Assembly (NCBI GenBank): GCA_009103225.1 | Contig: RHPI01003422.1 | Span: 63,691-127,690, forward strand | Direction: 5' to 3' | From: Chlorokybus atmophyticus | Taxonomy: Eukaryota > Plantae > Mesostigma and Chlorokybus algae | DNA: 64,000 nucleotides | Shown: positions 27,652 to 41,066 of the stretch, one piece after another | Numbering within the stretch: position 1 is the stretch's first letter | How the letters are laid out: each line of letters opens with the position of its first letter | Translations under genes and position numbers: made by a program | Notes under the pieces: model-generated | Seen by the model: only the letters and a program-made list of their open reading frames with translations | Told to the model about the DNA's origin: nothing | Databases searched by the model: none

Positions 27652-29213
27652 GATCAGGACCACCGCCGCCGTCACAGCCGCTGCCGCCGCCGCAGCCAGG
27701 ACTGCGGGCCACCCCAACCCTCCCTCCCCCCTCGCCCAAGCCCTAACGCGCCGGCGCACGATGGTGACGACCACGACGACCACACCGCCGCCCCAGCCTG
27801 CTCTACCGCCACCACCACCGCCGCCGCCGCCGCCGCCGCCGCCACTCACCGCCACATTCACACTGACAAACACAACAACAGCCACACGTGGCTCAAACCC
27901 GCCCTGCCTTCTTCAACGGTTCAATACAGGCAAATTCATTTCAAATCATTTCATAAAAGGGCGGAAAAGGGGGGTTCATTGACCGAAGGACCACAAGGTC
28001 TGAACAAAATGCAGTCTACAATGCAATGAATGCAGCAAATGCATAACTTCCAGATCATGTGGAATGCCTTTCGTTTTCTTTGGCTCGCCTTTTGAGTTGG
28101 AACCCTAACCGGGAGATCTGACCATAGCAGCCGTTTGATGGTACATTGGAGACGGTGTGATCGTCAGATGGGGTTACTGGGAGTTACTGGGGCGAGACTT
28201 TTGCTGAGGCGCGTGAGTCAGATCTGTGAGGGCGTGCCTGGGGTCTTTGCACGTGCGCCGACTGCAAGACGAGGGGGGCATACGCAATGCCGCATTCCGT
28301 ATGGCAAATGTGATGGCCTATGACCTAGCGCGGATGTTAATGGCCTGCCCAGTGAGGGTCCCGATGAATGGCTCCCAGGAGCCAATGTGGCTCTTTTTCG
28401 CTTATTGGCTCAGATATGTGTTTGGGCGCATGATGATGTAGCCCCATTGCACTCTGGCTACTTGCATGCATACCTCACGCTGATCAGCTCATGTAGCGAT
28501 TACACAAGATCACAAGGTAGTGCTCGTGCATATGCTATGCAATGCGTGCGATAAGCAAGAGGGCTGGCTCAAGCTCCAAAGTATGTTGTCTCTCTCATAC
28601 ACTAACAGCGACATCGTCACACCAAGCTACGTACTGTCAACCCTGCCTATCACTGCACAAGCATACTCACACGCATGCCAGCGGCATGCAAGCACGCCTA
28701 CACAACTACACTGCCGCAGCTGCGTGTGCATGTTGTGCTACTCAATGCGCAATACAAGCACTCACCACCATCTACGGTGAACCTTGTCCGCACATGCACG
28801 AAATGCAGGTTACATCTTTTATGCAGATCAGTTCCATAGCCAACCCCACCAAGCACACTACCCCATGATCACCTGTTGTTGACACGACGCAGTTAGCAAG
28901 TTGCCACGCAGGCAATTGCCAACTGCGGCCACACTTGGAATGGAACAGCTGGTTGCTTAACAACACATACGACCTCATACGCAAAGGCTAGTCCTCACCA
29001 GCATGCCGTGCTAACTACTGTGCACATGCTCATGTATGTATACTTCAACATGGCATACAGGCAGCTTCATACCAGTCTGTCAACATGAACCAACAGCCGC
29101 AAGAGCTGTTAGCAAAAAAGATTACTAGACCAATTGTCTATACAATCCCCTACAACAGTACCCAAACAGCACCGCAACGCTGATGCTCAACCCACTGCCT
29201 CAGCAATTGTAGG

Positions 29214-31913
29214 CTAATGAACGTAGCGGCGGAAAGGTGCGTTGTAGCGGAAAGTGCTTGAGAGCAGCTCACAGTAAGGCATGTGCATGTCGCGCGCCTC
29301 CTGCTTGCGGCCCCTATTGATGAGATACTGGTGCTGCATCTGCTCATACGAACATTTGGACTCGAGCTGCTGCCTGAACTGGTCCTCCACCGCGTGCTCT
29401 ACCCGCGCCCGATTCTGCTTCCCAACCGGGTACTCCGTTTGAAACCTGTCAAGTCACATTGAGATACAGCAGCGTGGACACAAGCTATTGAAGGCATCAC
29501 CCTTGGCTTGAAGGGGTAATTTTACTGACACATGCCGCACACGCACGCGCGTACACCCACACTAACACATGCGCGAGCGCACGCACGCACGTGCACATGG
29601 CCATATGCATGCGCATATGCACACAACAACACTCAACAGCAGCCAACATATTGCCTAAGCCCACTATCCTGTTGCGTTTGGAAAAAGAAGCATGCAGTCA
29701 CGCGCACGCGCACCTTTCTGCACTCTTCACGTAGAAAGGGATGTTCAGGCGCTCAGTGCGGAGCTCTGTAAGAAAGCCATTCTCACGTGCAAGGCTGAAT
29801 GCCGGCTCGCTCTGATTATAGAAATACGAGGCAATGAGCAGCATCAGCACGGGTATGAGTTGTATGAGCCCCGTGAGGTTGACCGCATCGTCGCTCCCGG
29901 CGCGTTGTTGTTGCGCCCTCCGCTGCCTGTTGTGCATGTGCGTGCGGAAATGCTGCCCCTGCCCATTCATCCCATAAAAGAACGCATTGAATATGTCGTT
30001 CGGGTCAAACTCCTCGTAATACGCCTGCCGCCCGCCCCCCTGCCTCTGCTGCTGCAGCCTCCCCTGCGCTCCATCCTCGTGGCCGAAGCGGTCATAGTTG
30101 GCACGCTTGTCCTGCAACACACCAAAACGCCATCACGATGCACACTCGCCAATCGCGCATCGAAAACAACATTATTGGCGTGAGTAACATCGTTTTTACA
30201 GATGCTACTCGTGCATACTGGTAGAATTACAATTGCTAGTGATGTAATACTGCTGGTGACAATTGCAAAGCTTGAACACAACAATACAAACATCACAACC
30301 GATTCACTTGTAGCAGTCAACAGACAAACTAACAACATGCAGTAAGAGACACACCCCAAAATGTCACTGTCAGGAGCCACAATTAGATCATGTTGCTCAC
30401 CTTGTCGCTCAGACACGAGAACGCTTTAGACACAGTCTTGAAGGCCTCCTCAGCCCCTGGCGCCTGGTTTTTGTCCGGGTGCAGTTTCAAAGCAATCTGC
30501 AGCAGTAAGAGGGGGGGAGAGGTTAATACTCTTGTGTATGGGCGTTGACATATCGTGTTTATTACCTATAGACAGGATATGTGTGTAGGTAATCTACATC
30601 ACCCACCTTACGGTACGCCTTGCGAACGTCCTCTTCGGCACAGTCTTTCGACAGCTGCAGGACCTCGTAATAATCGGTGGTGGAGCGTATGCGTTTTACA
30701 ATCGCAATCTGCATGTTGGGCAACATGAGTATGTTTATGATAGCGGTAAGAATGTGGTGGTCATGTGGCATACATACAGATATGCAAACATGTTGTGTGT
30801 ATCCAGTTTTCAGGAATACACGCACTTGCAAGCAAACTGTATACACACATACATCTGCGATGTAAGCTGTACATACACTTACATAAGCACACAGATATGT
30901 GCATGCGTGTTGAAATGGATATATTTGTGTGACGTACAGCTAGCCATGCACATCACATAGCAGACACACACCTGTTCGGGTGTGGCGGCCGCTGCAGGTG
31001 ATCCAGATGAAACTGAGGGGCCCGCAGCATCATCTGCGGCCGCAGCCGCATGAGTTCTTTTGCGATGGTGGGAGGAGTGGCCTCCGTTCACGCCATTTGC
31101 ATGATGAACATTGGCTTCCGGCGCATGCTTTATCTGAACAGGCGGGAGGAGAACAGACACGTAAAAATGTTGGTCACTACAAGTAACTACATAACTGGAT
31201 TGGGATTGAGAATGGTTGCACGCAAGAAAATTGATGGAAACATGTACAGAGGATGCATTGGCAACATGAAGTTAAGCAATGGATGGACGCAGCATAACCA
31301 AATCTGGTGTAAGTAGTATATACATGCATGTTTTGTTGGTTGCCAGATTTGCTGCATGAATGAGAGCACACCCTGCGGGTCCAACCAAAGCACCAAGTTG
31401 ATGGTGCAATGCAAACTCAATTGCCAAGGATAACAACCTGAAACAGGCATGCTTGAACACCATGTAAACAGTAGTAACACAGAAACAAAACTGCAGACTG
31501 GATCATATGCGCAGTCTGCGTTCAATAAAGAGACTATGTGTCAGCATTGCGATGCAGCCTTCGACGGTCATGGCACAAACATACACACACAGCCAATAAA
31601 AACAAATACAACACACAGTGACATACTGTCCTGCATACACACACACATCTGTGCAACCTACAACAGATGACATGGGTTCAAATAAATGCAGGCTCATCTT
31701 CTGAAAGGACTACATCTGAAACTCCAAGGCGACAGTTTTCAGAAATCAGTTCGTATGTGTGCTGACCTGAGCAAGCAGCTTTTCTGCTTTGGGAAGAGGG
31801 AACAGGCGGACTGACTTGGCAAGCAGCTTGGCGGCGCGGGCTTGATCGCCGCCCTCCAGCGCTGCTCGCCCCATCTCGTAGCACCTTTCCGCATCATCCC
31901 TGTTGCCCTCCAT
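29214..31913 (-). CDS. DnaJ protein, DNAJB12/14 type (J domain, TM, DUF1977-like luminal domain), 6 exons
   Basis: [23 protein letters not shown]... N-terminus; J domain [23 protein letters not shown]|[31 protein letters not shown]|KRANYDRFG; [18 protein letters not shown]; C-terminus [11 protein letters not shown]...[20 protein letters not shown]...HMPYCELL. Confidence 0.93.
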
Positions 31914-33676
31914 GACAACCGCCAGGCCAAAGCTGAAACCCTTTCCACACAGGCAACCTCTACACAGCTGCTCAGCCGCCTCCGCGGCCTCCTCTGTGTC
32001 GCCGCCCCAATGCTGCGTAGCCAGGCTGTTAGTCAGGCCAGGAGGATCAAGCCAGGCAAGTTCAGGAGAGGATCAGACCGGATGCGCCGCTCCCTCCGCC
32101 TCCACAATCAGGCAAGGCCGGGCCAGGCTAACAGCTGGGCACCACCGTACCAGGCCAGTGAGGGTTTTAGACTAAAACTCCAGCAGGTTGGCCTGTGGTT
32201 AGTTCGGTGGGGCGAACAATGGAACCCATGTCTATTGTGAATGTATCTTTCTCTGCATACATAAAAGCGGTTTTACCTCATCACAATGGCTTGACGGGCC
32301 ATTCAAGCAAGCCTCCTGTGTTAAACCTGCAATTTTGCATGCATATAATTAAAATCTACCTGGTACTACATGGGGCACAATATGCTTAACATGAAATCTA
32401 CTTACGGCTTGTGTACAAACTTGTAATGTTCGTTGTATATTACATTATAACACAAGATGAACTTGGTCCGAACATTGTGTATAGCAATGTCACACTATTG
32501 CATGTGCACATGTTGGTATGATTTATGTAAATGACATTGTGATATGCGTAATCTTATTGCTGATTTGCCCTCACGTTCCGTGTACACATAATCATCATGT
32601 GATATACATATAATTAAATGCATCCGGTGGTTGCGGTTTGCAACCGTCTTACATCATGCAGCAGCACAGTCATGCAAGCAAGACTTGACTGCAGGGTATG
32701 TCTCGCAGTAGGGGTGCGTACGGGGCAGTGCACAAGTGTGAAGAATAAGCAATGCTGCAGGGCAGCATGCAAGGTGGCAAAGGGGGGAGAGTAGGGAGCA
32801 TATGAGCTGCGGCACTCGTAGAGATGGTGTGGTGGTAGGTGCAGAAGACAGGGATAAGGAAAAACAAACTGAGCGATCCCCTAAGCTTGGTATGAAATAG
32901 CAATCACTCAACAAGCTCATGATACAAGGATGCATGCGAGCAAGCAAATCGCAGTCATGCAAAGGAGTTTGTGTGTGGTTCAAGGTTTAAGCTAAGTAAT
33001 GCGAGTTTACGTGCTGCAAGCATTTAACAACCGTACACTAGTGGATGCTTGCAGTTGCCGAGGCGACTGTGCAAGGCATGCAAAATACCATATTGTGTAG
33101 AAGTTGGTGCAATCCGCAGGCAACGGGGCAGTGGTCACGTCACAGATTCAATTAACAGCAATACGCAAGGGGAATAGCAGAGTAATAAATAGTAGGGCAA
33201 GGCAAGGGGAAAAGTATACAACAAGGGTTTCAAGGTGTCCACATTACAAGTTATAAGCTCAAACAAGGCAGCGTGCATGCGCCTAAGCTGATGAGACTTC
33301 TTTGAAGTCTTGGGGGCAACGCCGCTGCTTCCGCGCCAGTCCGCTTACTTGCAATTTACTGCTGACGTCCTTGTTAAGGTTTGCCTAGAGAGCCGTCAAT
33401 GTCTGCCGCCATAAGCTCTCACCGCTGATTGGTTAGCATCAGAGGGGCGTCGATTGGTATTGTCACGCTGGCCGGGGGGGTTGATCGGGGGCACAGGTTC
33501 GAGTGATCCAGATGCGGGGGCAGGGGGCACAAGGAGTGCGAGAGTGAAGTGCATGCGAGGGTCATCACCGTGACAGCATGGCTCGTTTAAAAACGTAATA
33601 ACTTGTATTTGTATTCAAGTCATAAAATGCAATTGATATGTTCAATCCAGGTCTTAAATGTTACGCGTTATAAGTA

Positions 33677-33718
<42 letters not shown>

Positions 33719-33728
33719 GTACATATAT

Positions 33729-33790
<62 letters not shown>
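33677..33790. repeat. Compound microsatellite (CT)n-(CA)n-(TA)n-(TG)n
   Basis: Directly visible. Confidence 0.95.
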
Positions 33791-36700
33791 TTATATGTGT
33801 GTGCATGATATAGCTGCTGATGTAAGAAGATGATGAATTTCATATATTGCACCTTAAGCATCAAGAAGTTTTGACGTGAAAGCATCATCACGATGTTGCT
33901 CTGTTTGTCACATTATACTCAAACGCATTTGCTGTACATCCATGTATAATGCATACCGCATGGTCGCATGATCGCATGTCATGTGAGTAATTGCTAATCA
34001 CGGCATGACTTGCACATCTCTTGCGGTGTCGAGACCGGCAATTCCCCGAGGGAAGCCGCGGGGAACCCGCGCACCCGCCCGCCGAGGGATTCGAGCCGCG
34101 AGGAGCCGAACCCTCGAGCGTTGCAGTCAAATCAGCGTCGGCAGATCAGTCGGCGTAGCGCCAGCACAAGTTGTGTCAGCGTGAGCTATACATGTTTATA
34201 TACGCCCAGTATATAGCCAGTAATAGTATAGCCTATGTTATGACTATGCAACTAAAAGTAGTGATATGCTTATATGCTTGTACGCAGACAACACACATTT
34301 TATGTAGGTGTATCACATGGATGATGAATGTTATGCACGTTGTTATCAATGGTTTAACGCTGCAGCAGCGGCGGCAGCATTTACATAACCAAATCTAATA
34401 TACCCTACACGGTACGTTAGTGAATACCGCACAAGCACCGACGCACAGTTGGTTAAATGGCCGGGTCTTGATACAGTTCACCCCCGCTAAGAGACTTCGC
34501 TCCAAAAGAATAATCCGCTAATAGCATTTGAATGAGAGTATTAAGCGGCATACAGGTAAATGTTGGTGCCTAAGAGAATATGCTTAACCGCAAAAAGCAT
34601 AATTGTTTTTCATTTGATACTTGCAACTTTAGTGAGGGATATTCCAAGGTTGGGGGAGTAGCGCGTGACGGGTGTGATATTAAGCGTAACGAGCGTGATG
34701 GTTAAGGTGTGACGCGCAATTAGCGTCACAGACGTGATGGCGCGATGGGCTTAACGTAACACGTGTGATGCAATGGGCATGATGGGCGTGATAAAACCGC
34801 GCTTACAGCATATGTATGCTCTTGACATCCAAGAGCATAATATGCTCTTAGACGTGAAGAGAAATTACCGCGCCCAGAGCATAAGATAGCTGAGGATAAA
34901 CAGTATGCTCTTAATGGGGGTAGACTGTACTGAGACACGTTCAGTACCTCAGGGCACCATAATTCCCTGGGGAACGAGAGCACGGCTGGCTTGGGTCGGG
35001 CCGGCCGGCCGGCCGGCATTCTTCGTCACCTTCACACGCCAGGGCCATCACATCTGGCACCCGCGTCTGCCGGGCGCAAAATGCGCGGCCCGCCTGTCTC
35101 TCATTGGCCGGGTGGCGAGCATTTCTTGCCAATCGTTGGATCTGCTCAAAACAGATCGAGCCATCCATAGCACATATCCATAGTACGCAATTGCTCAAAT
35201 ACATACCAAACAAATACGAAATATTGAGCATAACTACATGCACGGTGCAGATGGCCACTTTTCCCGCCGCAAATGTCCAATCAAACAACGTATGATGTGA
35301 TAGTAAACAATGTGGCGACAGATGCCGGCGTTTTGAATGTGTATATACTACGGCATTTGGATGCATGTGGGGGGTTACAGCTCGCTTTAAATTACAATGA
35401 TTGGATTGCAATTGTGAGTCGGCGCGTTACCCATCAAGACCATTCAGATGATAACTCAGTTGCTTGAAATAACTATGTTGGGCATTTTCCACTAAAAACG
35501 CCCATAAAAATTCGTACCAAATGAGTACAGCAATAAACTCGAACAAGTTTGAGTTCTGATTTAAATCAATGAACGTTGCTTTTGGTCTATTGATTGATAT
35601 CATGCAAAAAGTGGCATCGCCGTTATGCCGCAGTGAGTTAATTGCAATGGCACATAAACCACGCGGTCGCGTCGTTTGAACTGTAGTTGCCGATAGGCCG
35701 TATGAAGCTTAAAGAATCTTTGACCACTAACAGTAACGGCGAACGACAACGGTGCGTTTCAATGTTGTGCGCATTTCGTCAAAACATGACGGTTTGCCGT
35801 GGAAACGCGCTCTGCAAACGCGCTTCCAGTGGTACGAGGTTGGTCGGCCCCCCCTACCCCGAAAGAATTATTTAAACCATCATACCAACAACAATCGCAC
35901 TCTGTCCATGAAAACGAGATCATATGCTATCCTCACCGATTTTATGGCCGTCGCCGACGGCCCGTCGGGCTATACATTAGCCGAACGAGTCTCAATGAGT
36001 TTTCAGCATCAGTTGCGAACACGCGCTTGTTGGCGTGAAAGTTCTCTGAGCTTAAGGGCCAAAGCAGAGAACAAACTGTGGCTTCAAGCTCTGTGAGCTC
36101 ACAGAGCTTGCCATCATGCATGTGACATGTAGGATGGCAGTACATGAGTCTTTAACCTTCACATCATGTGTAGGCTATACGAAAACACCATGGTGGTAAC
36201 GCCGGGCATTTCCCATCAAGGCATGTGAGAAAAAGGTGCTCACACGTTGAGACTTCTTGAAGTTTTTCATTACTCAAGCACCCAACCACGAACCGGCATC
36301 ACAATGGCACTCACCTTGAATATGCGTGCATGTTAGCACATTTAGCATCATTGGTGTTTTATGTCATTATGTTTGATCAGCATCAATGCAAGTCACCAGA
36401 CCCAAGCATGCCGATGCGCTCCATGCAACGCAACCATTACATGAGATACGACCATATTGCTGTAAGTCAGCCTACAAGAAAAGGAAGAAGGGGGGGGGGG
36501 GGGGGGGNNNNNNNNNNNNNNNNNNNNNNNNNNNNNNNNNNNNNNNNNNNNNNNNNNNNNNNNGGGGGGGGGGGGGGGGCAAACGCAAACATCTCAACAC
36601 ATGCTGGACAGACAATGGAGCATGCACACTCACCTTAAGAGGAACGCCACAAGGCTTTACAAAGCAAATTCAACTGTGTATTGAATGGTGCAGTTGTCTT

Positions 36701-36909
36701 GGCCCAGCAGAACACTGCTGCATGCATTATGCACTGATAGATGCACACATTCAAACACGCGCGCGTGCGCACATAATCAGAACTTGCAGTAACTTGTGGT
36801 AAACACCACAGCCAATGCAGAAGTAATGCACTAGGCACCTTCACAGCTATGTATATACGATACACGGAACAGAAAGAGCTGGAGAACGCACACACCATCT
36901 TAACCTCTC

Positions 36910-38013
36910 TCACTTGCTCCCATTCTTCATTTTGCCTTCTTCCTCTTCACTTTCCTCCTCATCTGCGTCCCCTTCATCAATCCCTTGCCCTCCTTTCTCC
37001 TCCAGCCCCCAGTCGTCTTCCAGCTCCTCCACCGGAGGCAGCCCTTGGCCGTCCTCTTGGCCCCCTGCCGAGTCCCGCGCATGCTCGTCTTTCTTTTGCT
37101 TAATTGCTATGCTCGCCGTTTCATCTACACCCACCTGCAGGAGCATTGGTTGAAGTAGAGCATAATCATGGACACAGGGTATGCAAGATGGCGTGCTGAC
37201 ACAAGTGTACCCACATACGCACGTGCACGTAAGCACAGAGGCTGTGTGCATTACTAAGCATGCACGGAAAGGCTAGGTGCTAGTGGCGTACAGCCATGTG
37301 TCTCGGCATCCTGTGTCTGTGTGAAAGTATGCGCTAGCACACAGCAGTTCTCCTGTATGCGCGCACACAGGCACAGGCACAGGCACTCGCACAGGCACAC
37401 GCACGCGCGAATGCATATGCGCACACACCTCTCCACCATCGTCCAGGTGGTGTGAGGCAGCGGTGGTGGGCGAAGCATGGGAGTGTCGCACATGAAAACC
37501 GAAATCATCCACAGGCGATTGCAGTTTGTCTGTGTCCTCAACATCATCCTCTTCAAGTTCAAGCAGCTGCTGGGACGTCTTCTTCAGGCCCTGTAACAGC
37601 AAGCATGTGAGTGATATGGCAGGCCCACAAGCGTGAACTACCAACAGAGAGAACACAAACAAAAGAAAGCTCACATCATCATCAGCAGCATCGCCGAACG
37701 CCTGTTGTTCCTCTTTGGGTAGGAGCGGCTCAACCTGTGAATATGCTCAAGTAAAAGGTTCAGTGAAAACTTCAAATTATTACGACAACAACAGCAGCAG
37801 CAGAGCAACCAGAACCATGACTGCAACATTGCACAAGCCAGCGTACAAGCCAGAAGTGCTGTGCGTGAACAGACAGTTGAGTCCGAAAATCTACTACCGA
37901 TCGCACCGGCGGCGACAAAGACAGGAGCAACAACGACAACAGCAACAACCAGCAGCTATAACATAGCTTTGACGCAAGTCTGCCCCCTTACTCACCCTGA
38001 TAGTCAGCACCAT
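36910..38013 (-). CDS. Hypothetical small acidic, disordered protein (~155 aa), 4 putative exons
   Basis: Four segments bounded by GT/AG splice in phase 0: MVLTIR|VEPLLPKEEQQAFGDAADDD|GLKKTSQQLLELEEDD...DDGGE|VGVDE...EEESEEEEGKMKNGSK*. No recognisable family; the start codon is uncertain. Confidence 0.45.
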
Positions 38014-38231
38014 GTTGGAGAGACAGTGTGTGCGCGCAACCAGCTTGCCGCAAGGACTCCAACTCAATCCAACTCCATCCACACCAACAATCGATTGGAT
38101 ATAGCTCCTCTGCAACAATAGATGGCCTGCTGCCCCACTCGCCACTCAAGCACAAGTTGCGCCTCTGAGCATAAACTAAGCACCTGACTTGCTGAAGCTC
38201 AACGACCGAGTTGGGCCGCATTTTGGGTGCC

Positions 38232-41028
38232 ATGGCGCCTGCGGCGGGGGCACTGCCAGGGGCGGCGGTGTGGTTGTCGGTGGGCTTGTCGGCGTCGTCT
38301 TTTAGCCCTGCTGGTGTTGTCGGCCTCCGCCGCGGGAAGCCTGACTGCCCAGCTCGACGCCCCAGCCCAGCCCCAGCCCCAGCCCCAAGCTCAGGCAGGA
38401 GCAGGAGGAGGCACACTCCTGCTGTGCGAGCTTCTTCCTCCTCGTCCGCGGCCGCCTCCACGCCTGAAACGGCTGTGACACCTGGCAAGTGGGATTGCTG
38501 TGCATGGGGGAAGTTTGCTGCTTGTGCTGTGTGTAGTCTGTTGGAGCACGAGTGCAATCCACCAGCAGCAGTGCTTTGCGAGGCTGGCGATGAAGGCTCT
38601 CAGCATGCGGAAGTGGTTGCTTTGCTTGGTATTTGCTTGATGTTGTCTGTCCAATTAGGCAATGCACGCTGCATTCAACTGAAAGGCAGTATGCTATGCT
38701 GCGGAGCACATCACTTGCATTTGTGCTGTAGCAATCGTAATGAATCCCTTGTTATTTCAAACATATGTGTACACACACGCGCTTGCCCGCACACGCACAC
38801 ATGTTTGCACACACGCATGCACACAATCCCCCCCCCCCCNNNNNNNNNNNNNNNNNNNNNNNNNNNNNNNNNNNNNNNNNNNNNNNNNCCCCCCCCCCCC
38901 CCCCCCCCCCCCTCTCCCCCTGCGCATCCAAGCGCTCGCACACATGCATGTATGCACACACGCTCGCACACATGCATGTATGCACAAGCCTGTTGATACA
39001 TGCAGCACAACACTGAACATCATTGGTAACTGTATTCATCTGTGCTCTTTAAACCAATGCGTGTGCCACAGAATTGTGTTTGCTGTTGTCAACTGGTTCG
39101 GGTGTCTCGCAGCCACAAAGGAGCGAGGGCATGGCGATGGTGTTGTTGCGCATGAAGCTCACTTGCATGGAAGTGTTCGCGACATTCGCCTGTACAAAGG
39201 CAGGTGCATGCATGTTTGACGCGGACACACCTATGGCCATCATACAACGCAATCAGCATGTTGTGGCAGGCACGTTACGCATTAGAGATACGCATCTTAT
39301 TGCATAGTGGTTAACGGTGTTACATATGATCACGTATACAGAAATCGCATGCATAACCAAATACAATGCAACAGATGCTGCAGCGGCGTTTGCCAGGATC
39401 AAGGAAGTGTATGACGCCAGCACGCAGCGTATACAAGACGAAGTTGAAGGCATCAAAGCGGGCCACATTCAAGCTGGCGTGAAGGTAACTGAGTTGAGCA
39501 CTGTGTGCATGCATTCACAGTGTTAGCTGAAAAAAATCCTTATCAGGGTCCTTCTTCCGACCTCGCCAGCAACTCGTGCTACCCGTATGTTGGACTCACT
39601 GTTGGAAAAGATGCGTCGACAATGCCGAGACCGTTGGCGTACGGCAACTTGCCTGGTACGCCCGGCACAAGCAAGGATGAAGTGCGGTGCACGTTGCGTG
39701 CACCACAATGTAGACAATCGCATTGAAAGCATGCACAAGACACTCGGGGAGTTTGTGACACAATTTTGAACACGCGGTTTATACCACCAGCGAAAGTCTC
39801 TCATGATACTCATATGCAAATGTTATGTGAACATGTTGTCAGTGGTCTGCTTGACACAACGATGTTGGTGCTGCTTCATGTTGTATGGCGAGCAGGTGCT
39901 GGTACGTATGGAGCGACGGTGACACGGCCGGATTTGTTTGAGGAGTATTACATGGAACAGCTTGAACTGCTGCTGCAGAACTATGACGTCCCGTTGGCTG
40001 TCGGCGTGTCCAACCAAACCATTCCCCTACCCTTTGTACAAGTAAAACCTGACTCTTGCAGAGCACAGGAGGTGTCACATCATTTCCCTCCCCTGCTGTG
40101 AGGACCTTAGACATCTTGTGTCATCGTTTCTTGCAGGAGTTGAAGGTGTCCGAGTTGAATCCCGAGCAGTGGCCGGCAGTGCAATCGCACTTCACTATGC
40201 CGGATCTTGCGCGTATAGATGATGGCATACCCAACGGCACGCACGCTCGCAAGCGAGTGCTTCACTACATTACAGTGTGCTTCAGTTGCGTGAATGTTGG
40301 GTAACACTCCACTTGCAGGGTTGGCATGCCACGGCCGCTCGCGTTGTACAGCGCAGAGAGAGTGGACTTGTCTCTCGCGAGGCTTGGACACTACACTGCC
40401 ACTGCACCTGAACATTTCCAACGCTTTGTGCTTTTCACCAACTACCAGCGCTATGTTGATCAGGTGGGCTCGCTGCTTTTTGACCTACTGCGCGCGGGGG
40501 AGACATGCGTCCACTTACGTGTTGTGCACACAGTTTGTGGAGTTTGCACACGAGCAAGTGCGCAGCGGTACGGATGGCTACTCTGCCATTGTAACACCCG
40601 GTGACGTCATAACCACAAGTGACGGTGTCACACAAGGGACGCCTCCCAAATCCCTACCTCAGGTATGTGTGAGCACACGCGTGTGTGCGCGTATGTGCAG
40701 GCGTGCGTGTGTGAATGCGCACATGTGCGCGTGCACGCATGCGTGCGTGCACATGTGTTTGCGCGAGTCAAGTTGGTATTAGTCTTTGATGTGTTTGAAC
40801 TGACCTGTTGACAGATGCCCGCTTACCATCTCGTGCGTGAGGGACACACTGGCATCACCCTCATCAACATCGGCGTTGGTCCCAGCAACACAAAGACAAT
40901 CACCGATCATGTAGCTGTACTGCGACCTCACTGCTGGCTCATGGTAAGCGATAGCCCCATCACACGGATTATAGCACATGGAAAGGAGGCGTGTGTGTGT
41001 GTGTGTGTGTGTGCGCGTGCGCATGCGC

Positions 41029-41066
<38 letters not shown>

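Noticed and set aside
34084-34100. B-box-like GGCTCGAATCC (minus strand) suggesting a tRNA gene
   Set aside because: No cloverleaf or correctly spaced A-box could be built.
38231-38234. Overlapping ATGs on both strands (CCATGG) for amn and a minus-strand ORF MAPKMRPNS...
   Set aside because: The minus-strand frame does not splice in phase to the downstream acidic exons; probably a coincidence of the palindrome.
39111-39199. Possible extra phase-1/phase-1 amn exon (ATKERGHGDG...RLYK) ending in a GC donor
   Set aside because: Not needed for the frame and shows no Amn similarity; needs RNA-seq.
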